A stretch of 64,000 nucleotides of DNA from an uncultured Opitutales bacterium (lineage in GTDB: Bacteria; Verrucomicrobiota; Verrucomicrobiia; Opitutales; UBA2987), in the NCBI GenBank assembly GCA_964542645.1, contig CAZIUG010000003.1:130501-194500 (forward strand). The letters are read 5' to 3'. The notes under the pieces were generated by a model. The model saw only the letters and a program-made list of their open reading frames with translations. It did not search any database and was not told where the DNA came from. The translations under genes were made by a program, and so were the position numbers. How positions within the stretch are numbered: the stretch's first letter is position 1; each line of letters opens with the position of its first letter. Positions 45,257 to 55,110 of this stretch are shown piece after piece.

Positions 45257-46192
45257 CTACTCGATTGCGATTTTCGCCAGGTAGATAGAAGTTTGCCCTT
45301 CATGAGAGGAATAGTAACTTACCCAAAGCATACCATCATGCCAGACCATGCCGGGGTAAGAGCAATCTCCGCCACTGGGTAAGGCTAGTACTGGATCATA
45401 ACTGTTGCGGGTCATCTGTGCTAGAACGGTGATAGGTTTGCCGTCAGGCTGCATTCCTCGAGCAGAAGCCCAGAGAGAACGATTGGGAAGATGAATAAAA
45501 TTGGGGCCGCCAAGGTTCGATTCAAGTTGCGTAAACGACCAATTCTCAAATGGCGGACGGCTCCTCCCAATCCAGTTGGGGCGAATAAGAGCAATCATCT
45601 CATCATCGGGCATGATTCGGAGTGTTGTCTCGCTAACGGTCCAGGTGTTATTGGGCAAGATGAATTCGGTGACCCACTCCCATTCGAGAGCATCTGATGT
45701 GCGATAGAGAAATCCCCTTCGAGGATTTTTGCCCTCACCCAGTTTAGATACGCAGTAGCCGACATTGTCCTTCCAAGTGACTCGCCATAGCCAGTGGTCC
45801 TCGGCAAGTAGTTTTTTATTAGGGGACCACGACCATCCATCATTGGAAAAGGCTACCCGGGGAGAACGCGTTACCTTAGCGTTGTTTTGGAGGGAGATCC
45901 CTCCCATTAGTAACAAAAGGCGACCGTCAGGCATGATCGATATTTTGGGATCGCGCAGATCAATGTTATTTTCGGAGAGTTGGGCTGTCGAGGTCCAGGA
46001 ATCTCCATCCTCGGATACAATTACGCGGATCATTCCAATCGAGTTGCCATGGTTCGTTGCCTCCCGGAATGTGCACCACCATCTACCCTCGAACCGAATC
46101 AGATCAGTGAAGGCGTTGTGCGGTGCGTGGCTCCAGATTTTCTTAACGGAGAGAATCCTGGGTTGTTTATGCGGAACCTGGGAACTGTTCAT
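45257..46192 (-). CDS. BNR-like beta-propeller protein (sialidase-like, HNAFTDL subfamily)
   Basis: 311 aa with PHNAFTDLIRFEGRWWCTFREA and the Asp-box-like SEDGDSWTS and SNDGWSWS. No signal peptide. Confidence 0.6.
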   Translation of the reverse strand: MNSSQVPHKQPRILSVKKIWSHAPHNAFTDLIRFEGRWWCTFREATNHGNSIGMIRVIVSEDGDSWTSTAQLSENNIDLRDPKISIMPDGRLLLLMGGISLQNNAKVTRSPRVAFSNDGWSWSPNKKLLAEDHWLWRVTWKDNVGYCVSKLGEGKNPRRGFLYRTSDALEWEWVTEFILPNNTWTVSETTLRIMPDDEMIALIRPNWIGRSRPPFENWSFTQLESNLGGPNFIHLPNRSLWASARGMQPDGKPITVLAQMTRNSYDPVLALPSGGDCSYPGMVWHDGMLWVSYYSSHEGQTSIYLAKIAIE

Positions 46193-46458
46193 CGGGAGAA
46201 CTTAAAGTTACAGAAAGAGTAAAGTTCAGGTCTGTAGCCACTAGCTATTAAGTTTCCCCTAGGTTGCTCTTTAGGAGACGAAGCTAAATAACTTTCAATC
46301 ATTGATGATGGCATCGCTATCGAAGAGTGAAATCAAGAGGCGTAACCCAGAATAAGTTTTAAGCTGGTATCGGGTCTATGGAAATTAAACAAGACGAAGA
46401 AAGCGAGGGATTTTTCTGTTTCAAACTAGAGGGAGTTGCTGTTAAAAATGATCCACAG

Positions 46459-47640
46459 TTACCCCCCCATCCGAACATAATCATCAGGGAAAAAGATAGG
46501 CCGTACAAGCTCGTAAGGGTCAGTCTGTCTCGGCGTGCCGGCCGGAACTCGATACTCCATGATCGCATCTTCGTTGAGGTCAAGACCAAGGCCGGGTAGA
46601 GTGGGAATTTTAATTACGTCGCCATGAATTTCAAAAAGATGTGGTGTATTCATCAGCTGAAGTAGGGGTTCCCACTGTTCTTCTGGTCGAAACGGCGGGG
46701 TGATTACTGCTACTTCAAGCATTTTACAGCTTTCAATTGAGGCTGCTAACTGGATCACAGGAGCTAGAAGTAGGTGGTTAGCCCCGTGCATGATAAGGGG
46801 AATACGAAAACCTTCGGCAATTGCAGCAATACGATGGACCGTCATGATTCCACCGGAAAGGAACGCATCAGGTTGCCAGATATCAAGCGATTTATGGGTT
46901 CCGTAACGGATGAAGGGCTCGAGACCGAAATCACGTTCGCCAGCGGTGATAGGAAGATCAACGGATTTAGTGAGCCGGGCATAGCCGTCAACATCTCCGT
47001 GTTCTAAAGGCTCCTCTAACCAGTCTGCCTGGAGAAAATACAGGCAGCGGGCGATTTCAAGAGCTTTCTCGATATCCCAGAGGCTTCCTGAGCACGAAGC
47101 CGTTCGATCGAACATGAATCGGACCTTATCTGGGCCTCCCAAATAATCGCGCAAATGTTGAAACATTTCAATCCTATCGAATGGGTTTTCATCCCATATC
47201 TGAAGTTTTATTGCGCGGTACCCATTTTCCACATACTTAATTATATCCTCCAGTTCCTGTTGAATTGGAGTCTTCTGTAGAGCAGGCCAGCAAACCGTGG
47301 CATACATTTGAATTTCCTGGCGGAAAGATCCGCCAAGCAGACGGTATATTGGTTGGTTAGTTGCTTTCCCGAGTAGATCCCAGAGAGCATGTTCAACGCT
47401 TGCGGCGCGGCCCAGTCCGCGGGCGACATATTCCCCGATCCGGAAAGGATCGTTACCAAGGAGCATCGGACGGACAAGTGAGTTGAGTAGAGTATCGCGC
47501 ACTTCACCAACTCCCCAGCCGGTCAGATTTTCGTTGGTTTGTACTCGCACAAATCCGACTTCGCCGTATTTACCTGCCCGCAGTTCATCGTCCGTGCATG
47601 GAACTTGGACTCGGATTGTATCGATGCTGGTGATTATCAT
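46459..47640 (-). CDS. Enolase-superfamily enzyme (racemase / dehydratase-like)
   Basis: 393 aa with VRVQTNENLTGWGVGE, ALWDLLGKATNQPIYRLLGG, WLEEP and TAGERD. Confidence 0.8.
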   Translation of the reverse strand: MIITSIDTIRVQVPCTDDELRAGKYGEVGFVRVQTNENLTGWGVGEVRDTLLNSLVRPMLLGNDPFRIGEYVARGLGRAASVEHALWDLLGKATNQPIYRLLGGSFRQEIQMYATVCWPALQKTPIQQELEDIIKYVENGYRAIKLQIWDENPFDRIEMFQHLRDYLGGPDKVRFMFDRTASCSGSLWDIEKALEIARCLYFLQADWLEEPLEHGDVDGYARLTKSVDLPITAGERDFGLEPFIRYGTHKSLDIWQPDAFLSGGIMTVHRIAAIAEGFRIPLIMHGANHLLLAPVIQLAASIESCKMLEVAVITPPFRPEEQWEPLLQLMNTPHLFEIHGDVIKIPTLPGLGLDLNEDAIMEYRVPAGTPRQTDPYELVRPIFFPDDYVRMGG

Positions 47641-47760
47641 ATTTTCGCTCTAAACATTTCTCCTTAAAGTGAAGATATGTTAAGGATACTTTACTTTCCT
47701 GCCAATCTCCAGACCTTAAAACTTCATCTACAATGGGTTGGCAACACCAGAAGTGTTGAT

Positions 47761-47769
47761 TTCTCAGAA
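47761..47769. promoter_or_regulatory. TTCTCAGAA core in the 600-nt spacer upstream of the enolase gene 46459-47640
   Basis: Same 9-mer as 35979-35987, about 120 nt upstream of the enolase start, directly after the inverted repeat CAACAC-n5-GTGTTG (47742-47758). Confidence 0.2.
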
Positions 47770-48243
47770 CTCAATTTTGGGGTCAATAGTTAATGAGTAG
47801 CCGCCCTATATGCGGATTGAAAATCTTGATCCAGGAACAGAGCGTCTCCCTCGGAGACGTCCGGCTAGATTGTACCTTGACTATGATTGGGACAAGGGGG
47901 CCTTTACAAGCACGATACCCCTATAAATCCGGGTTTCGGTTTTCTAAATGAAGGGTTTTACCCATTTAGTCTGTTGCGGATAATCGGTGCTTCCTAGGGG
48001 CTTTGACACCCGAGCAGTCGAGTAAGCGTGTCGCGATTCATGGAGTTAACCCGGTTCAGGATACTTCGGATTTGGTGATAAAGGTTAGCTTTCTGTAGGT
48101 GTCTCGGGAGAAACAGCGGCGTTATTATAGTGGAGTTTCGTAACTCTGATATTTGCTGATGGAGCTTCTGATTTCCCAGAGATAAGACTCGAAAAATTCG
48201 AAGAGTCCATTTTAGTTAGTGGCAGAAATTGAGGAGACCTCCA

Positions 48244-49281
48244 ATGAGTAAAAAGATTGTGATTGGAATTACGCGGGAATTTTTGAATGCGGAGGGTAAT
48301 TTCGCTCTTCCCGGACCCGGACTAAAACTTTTCGACGAGATGCCAGGGGTTGAGTATCGGTTATTTAGCGAGGATCTTCCGGTAGTGACTCCTGAGCAGG
48401 TGCTCGGATGCGATATGGTTATTTCGGGCGGAGTCCGATGGGAGAGCAGCTCCTTTGAAGGAATTAATCAACTCGTGGCGGTGCTCTATACTGGAGTCGG
48501 ATACGAGCATCTAGATCTTGATATTATGACCGAGGCCAACGTGATGTTTTGCATTGCGCCTGATGCGGTGCGCCGGCCAATGGCCTCGATTATCATTACT
48601 TTGATACTAGCACTAACTTTACAGCTAATTAACAAGGATCGCATCACACGCCAAGGGCGTTGGGAGGAACAAGAACGATTTCGTGGTGAAGGTGTAACTG
48701 GTAAAACCCTCGGCTCAATTGGAGTAGGGAATATTGGCCATGAGATGTTTATGTTAGCTAAACCTTTCGGAATGCGGCATCTGGGGTGTGACCCCAATGT
48801 GACTCAGGAGGCGGTCGCCGATGTTGGGGTTGAGTTGGTCGATTTGGGTCGTTTGTTGTCGGAGTCTGATTTTGTGAATGTGAGTGTTCCGCTTAGTGAG
48901 CAGACATGGCATTTGATTGGGGAGTCTGAACTGAAGAAAATGAAGCCTTCGGCTTATCTGATCAATACCTCCCGGGGTTCCGTTGTTGACGAGCCAGCTT
49001 TGATACGGTCTCTGCAAAGGGGCCAAATTCGTGGAGCTGGCCTCGACGTGTTTGAACAGGAGCCCGTAGATCCTAATAATCCGCTCCTAAAAATGGAGAA
49101 CGTTGTGGTTTCGCCTCACTCTCTATGCCACACGGAGGAATTTTATATGAGAGCATGGACTGGAAAATTACGGCAGGCCAACCAAATTGCTCGAGGGAAG
49201 GTGCCTGATCATGTCGTCAATAGGGAAGTTCTAGATAAATTGGAGTTGCGGACAAAGCTTTGCAAATTTGGGGAAATTTAA
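48244..49281 (+). CDS. D-isomer-specific 2-hydroxyacid dehydrogenase family
   Basis: Motifs GKTLGSIGVGNIGHEM (GxGxxG), NTSRGSVVDE (Arg, Glu) and VSPHSL (His). I prefer ATG 48244, directly after GAGGAG, over TTG 48229. Confidence 0.85.
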   Translation: MSKKIVIGITREFLNAEGNFALPGPGLKLFDEMPGVEYRLFSEDLPVVTPEQVLGCDMVISGGVRWESSSFEGINQLVAVLYTGVGYEHLDLDIMTEANVMFCIAPDAVRRPMASIIITLILALTLQLINKDRITRQGRWEEQERFRGEGVTGKTLGSIGVGNIGHEMFMLAKPFGMRHLGCDPNVTQEAVADVGVELVDLGRLLSESDFVNVSVPLSEQTWHLIGESELKKMKPSAYLINTSRGSVVDEPALIRSLQRGQIRGAGLDVFEQEPVDPNNPLLKMENVVVSPHSLCHTEEFYMRAWTGKLRQANQIARGKVPDHVVNREVLDKLELRTKLCKFGEI

Positions 49282-49328
49282 GAACTCTCGTTGATTTTGG
49301 CTGGATTATAAACGTGAACTCTAGGTAA

Positions 49329-50291
49329 CTACATTTTTTTCTCCGGAACCTTCAGCTGAGTAAACTTGAAGTCGGGTCCTTTAGAAAATGTGGCTCCGTA
49401 ACCTAGTCCCCAATCGTACGGGCCGTCACCGGCTTGATCCTCGGCCCAGGCCTTGAGAGGAACGCTATCCCAATTTTGAGTGAACCAATACTGGGACTCA
49501 GGACTGGATGTGGGTTCGCTCCCGAGAGGGTTTCCGCTATGTCCCATCGATCCGAGGAGTTGCCGACGGATCGGTGAGCTGTGGGCTATCAGATCGGAAT
49601 TTTGTTCAATGTACCCACTAGGCTTAATCCACCGTGGAGAATAGCTGACATTGAATGCCTTACGAAAATTCTCTGAAAGATTGGGGGTGACGCTATGAAG
49701 CGTAGTTGGACGCCACAGCATGGCGCTCCCGGCCGGAACTCGGATTTGTACGATTTCGTCAGGATTCAGCCACTCCTCCCAAGTGGATCGCTGATTGCGA
49801 TCCCATTTATAGCTACCTCGCACCATTAGGATATTACTATGTCCCGGTTCGGTGTGATCCGAAATGTACCAGCCCACTTTAAAATCTAGAAGTGGCATGA
49901 CTCCGTCGACTGTGGTGCCGGCAAACTCTTCTTCGTAGTCAAAGTGCCAGCCTAGTTTCAACCTTTTGGGATTGGAGCCGTCTTGCAGGGGCGCCGCGTA
50001 GTCGAAAACGGAGTCACGATTCTGGATGTTCCACCCTAACGCATCTACTACTAAGGGAAGGATCTTCGGATGGTCCAATAAGGCCAGGAAGGCTGCATGG
50101 CGTGCCAGTCCGTTGCGACAAGAGACGCTTTCCTTAGATCCCACGCCTCTTTCCTGCCGAAGGTGATCCGCGACCTCGTCCATTGCGGACGATATCTGCT
50201 CCAATTCCTCGCCTGCTAGGACATTTTCCAGCACCGTCCAGCCCCAATCGTTGAGCTCGTGTATTTGGGTCTCTGTTATCGCAATAGTCAT
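49329..50291 (-). CDS. PhyH-family Fe(II)/2-oxoglutarate dioxygenase, paralogue of 25729-26664
   Basis: 320 aa with GWHFDYEE (HxD) and TLHSVTPN. It shares LPLVVDA(I/L)GWNIQ, SSPIRRQLLG and PL(R/K)AWAED with 25729-26664. VRGSYK replaces PGSHK. Confidence 0.75.
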   Translation of the reverse strand: MTIAITETQIHELNDWGWTVLENVLAGEELEQISSAMDEVADHLRQERGVGSKESVSCRNGLARHAAFLALLDHPKILPLVVDALGWNIQNRDSVFDYAAPLQDGSNPKRLKLGWHFDYEEEFAGTTVDGVMPLLDFKVGWYISDHTEPGHSNILMVRGSYKWDRNQRSTWEEWLNPDEIVQIRVPAGSAMLWRPTTLHSVTPNLSENFRKAFNVSYSPRWIKPSGYIEQNSDLIAHSSPIRRQLLGSMGHSGNPLGSEPTSSPESQYWFTQNWDSVPLKAWAEDQAGDGPYDWGLGYGATFSKGPDFKFTQLKVPEKKM

Positions 50292-50597
50292 TTTGGAAGT
50301 CCTCTTGATTTGGTAAAACTTGGATCGTCTTCCACTGGGGGCAGGTAGCTTTCTGATTAGTTAAAGTTCTATTCTCTTCAAAATTCGTTGTAATTCTATC
50401 AGGGTGATAGTTACGAATCCATCGAAATTCCCCTTCAGGATGGGGTAATTCCCCAACAGTTTAATCGGGTATTTCCCACGACCACTTCCTCAGAAATATA
50501 GGATAGAGGTTAACTAGAAGATATTGTTAGAAAGTTACAACTTCGAATTGAATATAGACTTGCTGGCTTCCTATATTAATGTGAACGTACCCTCCCG

Positions 50598-50969
50598 GTG
50601 AGCGCAGAGGAAGAGATTGAGCTGGCTCGAAAGTATGTTAACCTTTCCAATCGTTACGAATTAGAAATGGTTTTTCGTATGTTCGATGAGAATGCGGTAT
50701 ATCATTCTAATTATGTAGGCTCATTCAAAGGCTTGGTGGCAATATCTACAATGATGCGGGAATTTTTCGCGCGGCATACCGATGTCCGTTGGGTGGTAGA
50801 CAAGTACAGCATCTCTAAAAAGGGAGGTGTTGAATTCGATTTTGTTCGACGTAATTCCGACCCAGAGTCAGGTAAAGAAACAAGCGGAAGAGGGCGGGAG
50901 CGAATCGTTTTCAATGATACAGGCCTCATTATGAAGATCGAAGTGGATACATTTAAATCCAGACCTTAA
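50598..50969 (+). CDS. Small NTF2/SnoaL-like protein
   Basis: 123 aa with a GTG start. The pattern ...FDENAVYHS...F.G...I...F... fits the SnoaL-like alpha+beta cone. This is a weak family call. Confidence 0.45.
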   Translation: MSAEEEIELARKYVNLSNRYELEMVFRMFDENAVYHSNYVGSFKGLVAISTMMREFFARHTDVRWVVDKYSISKKGGVEFDFVRRNSDPESGKETSGRGRERIVFNDTGLIMKIEVDTFKSRP

Positions 50970-50988
50970 TAGTTTTAATAATGGGTGC

Positions 50989-52956
50989 CTAACCCGAAAG
51001 ATTCTTGGATACTCGCTGGACCTTATGACGAGTAACTATATTCCCGCGAGAGTCTCTTCCTTTGAGCGCAAGTTGCGAAAAGTCGAAGTCGATGATCTTG
51101 TTTCGAGCTTTTGATTGTGGGTCCAGGTGGAGATGGACGATCCCTTCTGATTCACCACATGTTATTTGGTTAAAAAAGAGAATACGAGTCCCTGGATTTC
51201 CCTGTGCAAGATCATAAAGCTTGTCCCTGGTAACCCCAGAAACACGAAACTTTTTTGCAAAGGTGCGGCCAGATTTACCGTCTCGATAAATCATGCTGTA
51301 GACGACTGGAACTTCTTTGTTGAATACAGCGATGTGGGCAGGGTTTTTCCCTACAAATGACTTTTCGGTAACACGCGATACCTGCATTGTACCGTCCCTC
51401 CTGAAGACAATGATGTCATCCATTCGTGAACATTTTTCTATGGCTCGTTCGCGTTTCAGTCCAACACCGGCAAACCCTTCCTGGGCGTTAAGAAAGAGAG
51501 TTTCTCCGGCCACTGCTACTTTGGAGGCGATAATCCTATCAAACTTTTCGATGGAGGTGCGTCGCTTCTGGTTTTCGCCAAATTGATTTTTCAATTCCTT
51601 CAAGTATCGAACCGTGTATCGAGTCAGGCCCTTGAGATTTCCCTGGACCTGATCAATATCCCTTTCGAGGGCGGCAATTTGGTCGACTGCCTTTAGCAAG
51701 TCGTACTTTGAGATTCTTTTTATGCGGATCTCGAGAAGTCGGAGAATATCATTTTTTGTTATTTTTCTCTTCAGCAGTCCTTGGTAAGCTGCAAGAGCAG
51801 CTGAAACCACATTTATTACTCCATCCCAAGTTGCTTTGGTCTCAATTTTTCGGTAGACCTTTTTTGCAATAAAGATCCGTTCAAGTGAGAGAGAATGCCA
51901 TTGCTCGAGGAGTTCATTTAGGCGGATCTCAAGTTCCTGCCCGAGTAGTTCTTTAGTCTTGAACGCGGAACGCTTAAGAAGGTCGTTGACGGAAAGAAAG
52001 CGAGGTTTCATGTTATCGATCACGCAAGTATTCGGAGCAATTGATACTTCGCAGTCGGTGAAGGCATAGAGCGCCTGGATTGCCTGGGGGGAATCGGTAC
52101 CGGGTGGAAGGTGGACTATAATCTCAACTTCCTCGGCGGTATTGTCTTCAATTTTGTTAATTTTGATCTTCCCCTTTTCGTTAGCCGCAAGAATTGAATC
52201 GATCAGGCTCGTAGTTGTTGAACCGAAAGGTATCTCCACGATCGCCAGTCTCCTTCTTGGGAGGATTTCAATTTTCGCCCGGATTCGGACCCTCCCACCT
52301 CGCATTCCTTCGTTGTAGTCACTACAATCGGCGATTCCCCCGCTTGGAAAATCAGGAAGGATATTTGTCTTCTTTCTTCGAAGAGCATCGATTGATGCAT
52401 CGACCAGCTCATTAAAGTTGTGGGGTAGGATTTTGGTTGAGAGGCCGACCGCTATACCTTCTGCACCGTGTGCTAAAAGAAGAGGAAATTTCACTGGGAA
52501 GCTGACAGGTTCCCTGTTGCGTCCATCGTAGGAATTGACCCAGAGGGTTGTTTTAGAATTAAAAATAACTTCTAAAGCAAATTGAGAGAGGCGTGCCTCA
52601 ATGTAACGGGCAGCTGCAGCAGGATCTCCGGTAGCAGGATTTCCCCAGTTCCCTTGGCAGTCGATGAGAAGATCTTTTTGGCCCAGCTGAATGAGAGCAT
52701 CCGCGATGGCAGCGTCTCCGTGGGGGTGGTATTTCATAGTGCTGCCGACAATGTTGGCCACCTTGTTATAGCGACCATCCTCCATTTCTCGCATGGAATG
52801 AAGGATGCGGCGTTGAACTGGTTTCAATCCGTCCTCTATACTGGGCACAGCCCGTTCAAGAATAACGTAAGAAGCGTAATCCAAAAACCACTCACTATAC
52901 AAATCGGCGACGTGAGGAACAACGGTAGCCGGAGCTCGTTTTTTCTTTCGGACCAT
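50989..52956 (-). CDS. parC: Type IIA topoisomerase subunit A, topoisomerase IV (ParC)-like short form
   Basis: 655 aa with GLKPVQRRIL, KYHPHGD, and QGNWGN...AAARYIEARL (catalytic Tyr). It is too short for GyrA. It starts 14 nt after the parE stop. Confidence 0.78.
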   Translation of the reverse strand: MVRKKKRAPATVVPHVADLYSEWFLDYASYVILERAVPSIEDGLKPVQRRILHSMREMEDGRYNKVANIVGSTMKYHPHGDAAIADALIQLGQKDLLIDCQGNWGNPATGDPAAAARYIEARLSQFALEVIFNSKTTLWVNSYDGRNREPVSFPVKFPLLLAHGAEGIAVGLSTKILPHNFNELVDASIDALRRKKTNILPDFPSGGIADCSDYNEGMRGGRVRIRAKIEILPRRRLAIVEIPFGSTTTSLIDSILAANEKGKIKINKIEDNTAEEVEIIVHLPPGTDSPQAIQALYAFTDCEVSIAPNTCVIDNMKPRFLSVNDLLKRSAFKTKELLGQELEIRLNELLEQWHSLSLERIFIAKKVYRKIETKATWDGVINVVSAALAAYQGLLKRKITKNDILRLLEIRIKRISKYDLLKAVDQIAALERDIDQVQGNLKGLTRYTVRYLKELKNQFGENQKRRTSIEKFDRIIASKVAVAGETLFLNAQEGFAGVGLKRERAIEKCSRMDDIIVFRRDGTMQVSRVTEKSFVGKNPAHIAVFNKEVPVVYSMIYRDGKSGRTFAKKFRVSGVTRDKLYDLAQGNPGTRILFFNQITCGESEGIVHLHLDPQSKARNKIIDFDFSQLALKGRDSRGNIVTRHKVQRVSKNLSG

Positions 52957-52970
52957 TAACGCAATCTAGA

Positions 52971-54815
52971 TTAAGCTGAAAGTAGGGCCTGATCTACTTT
53001 TAGATTTCTAATGATAAATTGCTGGCGCTCGGGGGTATTCTTTCCCATGTAGAAACTAAGTGTTTCTTGGATCGACATCTGTCTCCCGATGACGACTGGA
53101 TCGAGTCTCATCTTCTCGCCGATGAAATTCTTGAACTCATCTGAAGAAATCTCACCAAGGCCCTTAAAACGGGTAATCTCGGGATTTGGGTACAATCGCT
53201 TGACGGTTGCGTTTTTCTCTTCCTCAGAGTAACAGTAGGCCGTTTCCTTCTTGGTTCTTACCCTAAAGAGGGGTGTTTGCAAAATATAGAGGTGCCCCTG
53301 CTTGACTAACTCGGGAAAGAACTGGAGGAAGAAAGTGATCAGCAAAAGTCGAATGTGCATCCCATCGACATCGGCATCGGTAGCGAGAACCACTTGATTG
53401 TAACGTAAATCATCAAGATTTTGTTCGATGTTGAGCGCATTTTGGAGCAGGTTGAATTCTTCATTCTCATAGACCACCTTTCGGGCGAGGCCGTGACAAT
53501 TTAGGGGTTTGCCCCTCAGGCTGAAAACGGCCTGAGTTTGGACGTTCCGTGCCTGAGTAATCGAACCACTGGCGGAATTTCCCTCCGTAATAAAGAGGGT
53601 AGATTCCAAACGTCTACGGTCTTTGCTGTCGAGATGGGTTCTACAGTCCCTCAATTTGCGGTTGTGAAGACGTGCCTTACGGGCTCGCTCCCTCGCGATT
53701 TTCTGTATGCCTCTGAGTTCCCTTCGCTCTTTCTCACTTTCAAGGATCTTTTTCAGGAGGAGGTTGGCAGTTTCGGGATGACGGTGGAGATAGTTGTCGA
53801 GTTCTTCCTTAACAAAAGTATTGATGTACCCTCGAATCGAGTCCCCGCCGGGTGCCATCTCGTGTGAACCTAACTTCGTTTTGGTCTGAGATTCAAAGAT
53901 GGGTTCTTCCACCCTGATGCTCAAAGCAGCGATTATGGAAGAACGAATGTCCGAAGTGTCAAAACTCTTCTTGTAGAATTCCTTCAGGGTTCTCCCAAGC
54001 GCTTCTCGAAACGCTGCTTGATGGGTGCCTCCCTGGGTTGTGTTCTGACCATTGACAAAAGAGTAGTACTCCTCTCCGTATTGCCTGCCGTGGGTAAAGG
54101 CAATTTCGACATCGATTCCGCGCAGGTGGATAATAGGATATAGGGGCTCTTCATTCAGATTCCCAACCAAAAGATCATAAAGTCCATTCTTGGACTTAAA
54201 GCGTTTCCCGTTCAATCTCAGCATGAGACCACGATTTAGATAGGCGTAATTTCGAATCATATTCTCTACATATTCTTCCCGAAATTTAAAATCGCCAAAG
54301 ATCTCAGAATCAGGGGAAAAGGATACAGAAGTGCCGTCACTATCGCTAGTCTTCTGATTCACTCGGTGCTTCCGTGTTACCTTGCCACGGGAAAACGATA
54401 ATCGTCGGGTCTCTTTGTTACGAACCGCTGAAATCTCGAATTCCAAGGAAAGCGCGTTGACCGCCTTAAGACCAATTCCATTGAGCCCCACCGATTTTTT
54501 GAAAGCTTCGGAATTGTACTTCGCGCCGGTGAAAATTCCCGCTGCGCAGTCCTGTATCTTAGTCAATGGTATTCCTCTTCCGTAGTCCCGAACCGAAACG
54601 CTGTTATTTCCTAAAGAGATGTCGATTACCTTTCCAAAACCCATCACAAATTCGTCGACTGAATTGTCCACCACCTCTTTCAGCAAAACATAGATACCGT
54701 CGTCGGCAGCTGAACCGTCCCCCAGTTTACCGATATACATCCCCGGTCGCAGGCGGATGTGTTCCTTCCAGTCCAATGTTCGGACGCTTTTTTCAGTGTA
54801 GGCTTGGTGAGACAT
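52971..54815 (-). CDS. parE: Type IIA topoisomerase subunit B, topoisomerase IV (ParE)-like
   Basis: 614 aa with the GHKL ATPase N-terminus [21 protein letters not shown]...[20 protein letters not shown], the Toprim motifs EGNSASGS and DADVDGMHI. Confidence 0.85.
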   Translation of the reverse strand: MSHQAYTEKSVRTLDWKEHIRLRPGMYIGKLGDGSAADDGIYVLLKEVVDNSVDEFVMGFGKVIDISLGNNSVSVRDYGRGIPLTKIQDCAAGIFTGAKYNSEAFKKSVGLNGIGLKAVNALSLEFEISAVRNKETRRLSFSRGKVTRKHRVNQKTSDSDGTSVSFSPDSEIFGDFKFREEYVENMIRNYAYLNRGLMLRLNGKRFKSKNGLYDLLVGNLNEEPLYPIIHLRGIDVEIAFTHGRQYGEEYYSFVNGQNTTQGGTHQAAFREALGRTLKEFYKKSFDTSDIRSSIIAALSIRVEEPIFESQTKTKLGSHEMAPGGDSIRGYINTFVKEELDNYLHRHPETANLLLKKILESEKERRELRGIQKIARERARKARLHNRKLRDCRTHLDSKDRRRLESTLFITEGNSASGSITQARNVQTQAVFSLRGKPLNCHGLARKVVYENEEFNLLQNALNIEQNLDDLRYNQVVLATDADVDGMHIRLLLITFFLQFFPELVKQGHLYILQTPLFRVRTKKETAYCYSEEEKNATVKRLYPNPEITRFKGLGEISSDEFKNFIGEKMRLDPVVIGRQMSIQETLSFYMGKNTPERQQFIIRNLKVDQALLSA

Positions 54816-55110
54816 TTGCTATAATGTTTTCGTGATGACTGCCAATTGGATGCTTTTGTGGAAGAAGCTCACATGAACAATTGGAGATACATCTGGATTT
54901 ATTTCCTGGCAAGAATATACGTAAACAAATGAGCACTAAAGAAAATTTCTGATTTCTCTTGATGGGAATGTGAAATAAACCCAACTCGCGAGTGTATCTA
55001 CGATTTGAATTTCAAGAGGATTACCCATCCCATTTTGTCTTGCTTGGAGGTGGTAAATTGTCAGCATTCGGATATTCGGATGGAGGAGGCAATTCTTCCC
55101 CCTTTTTATC

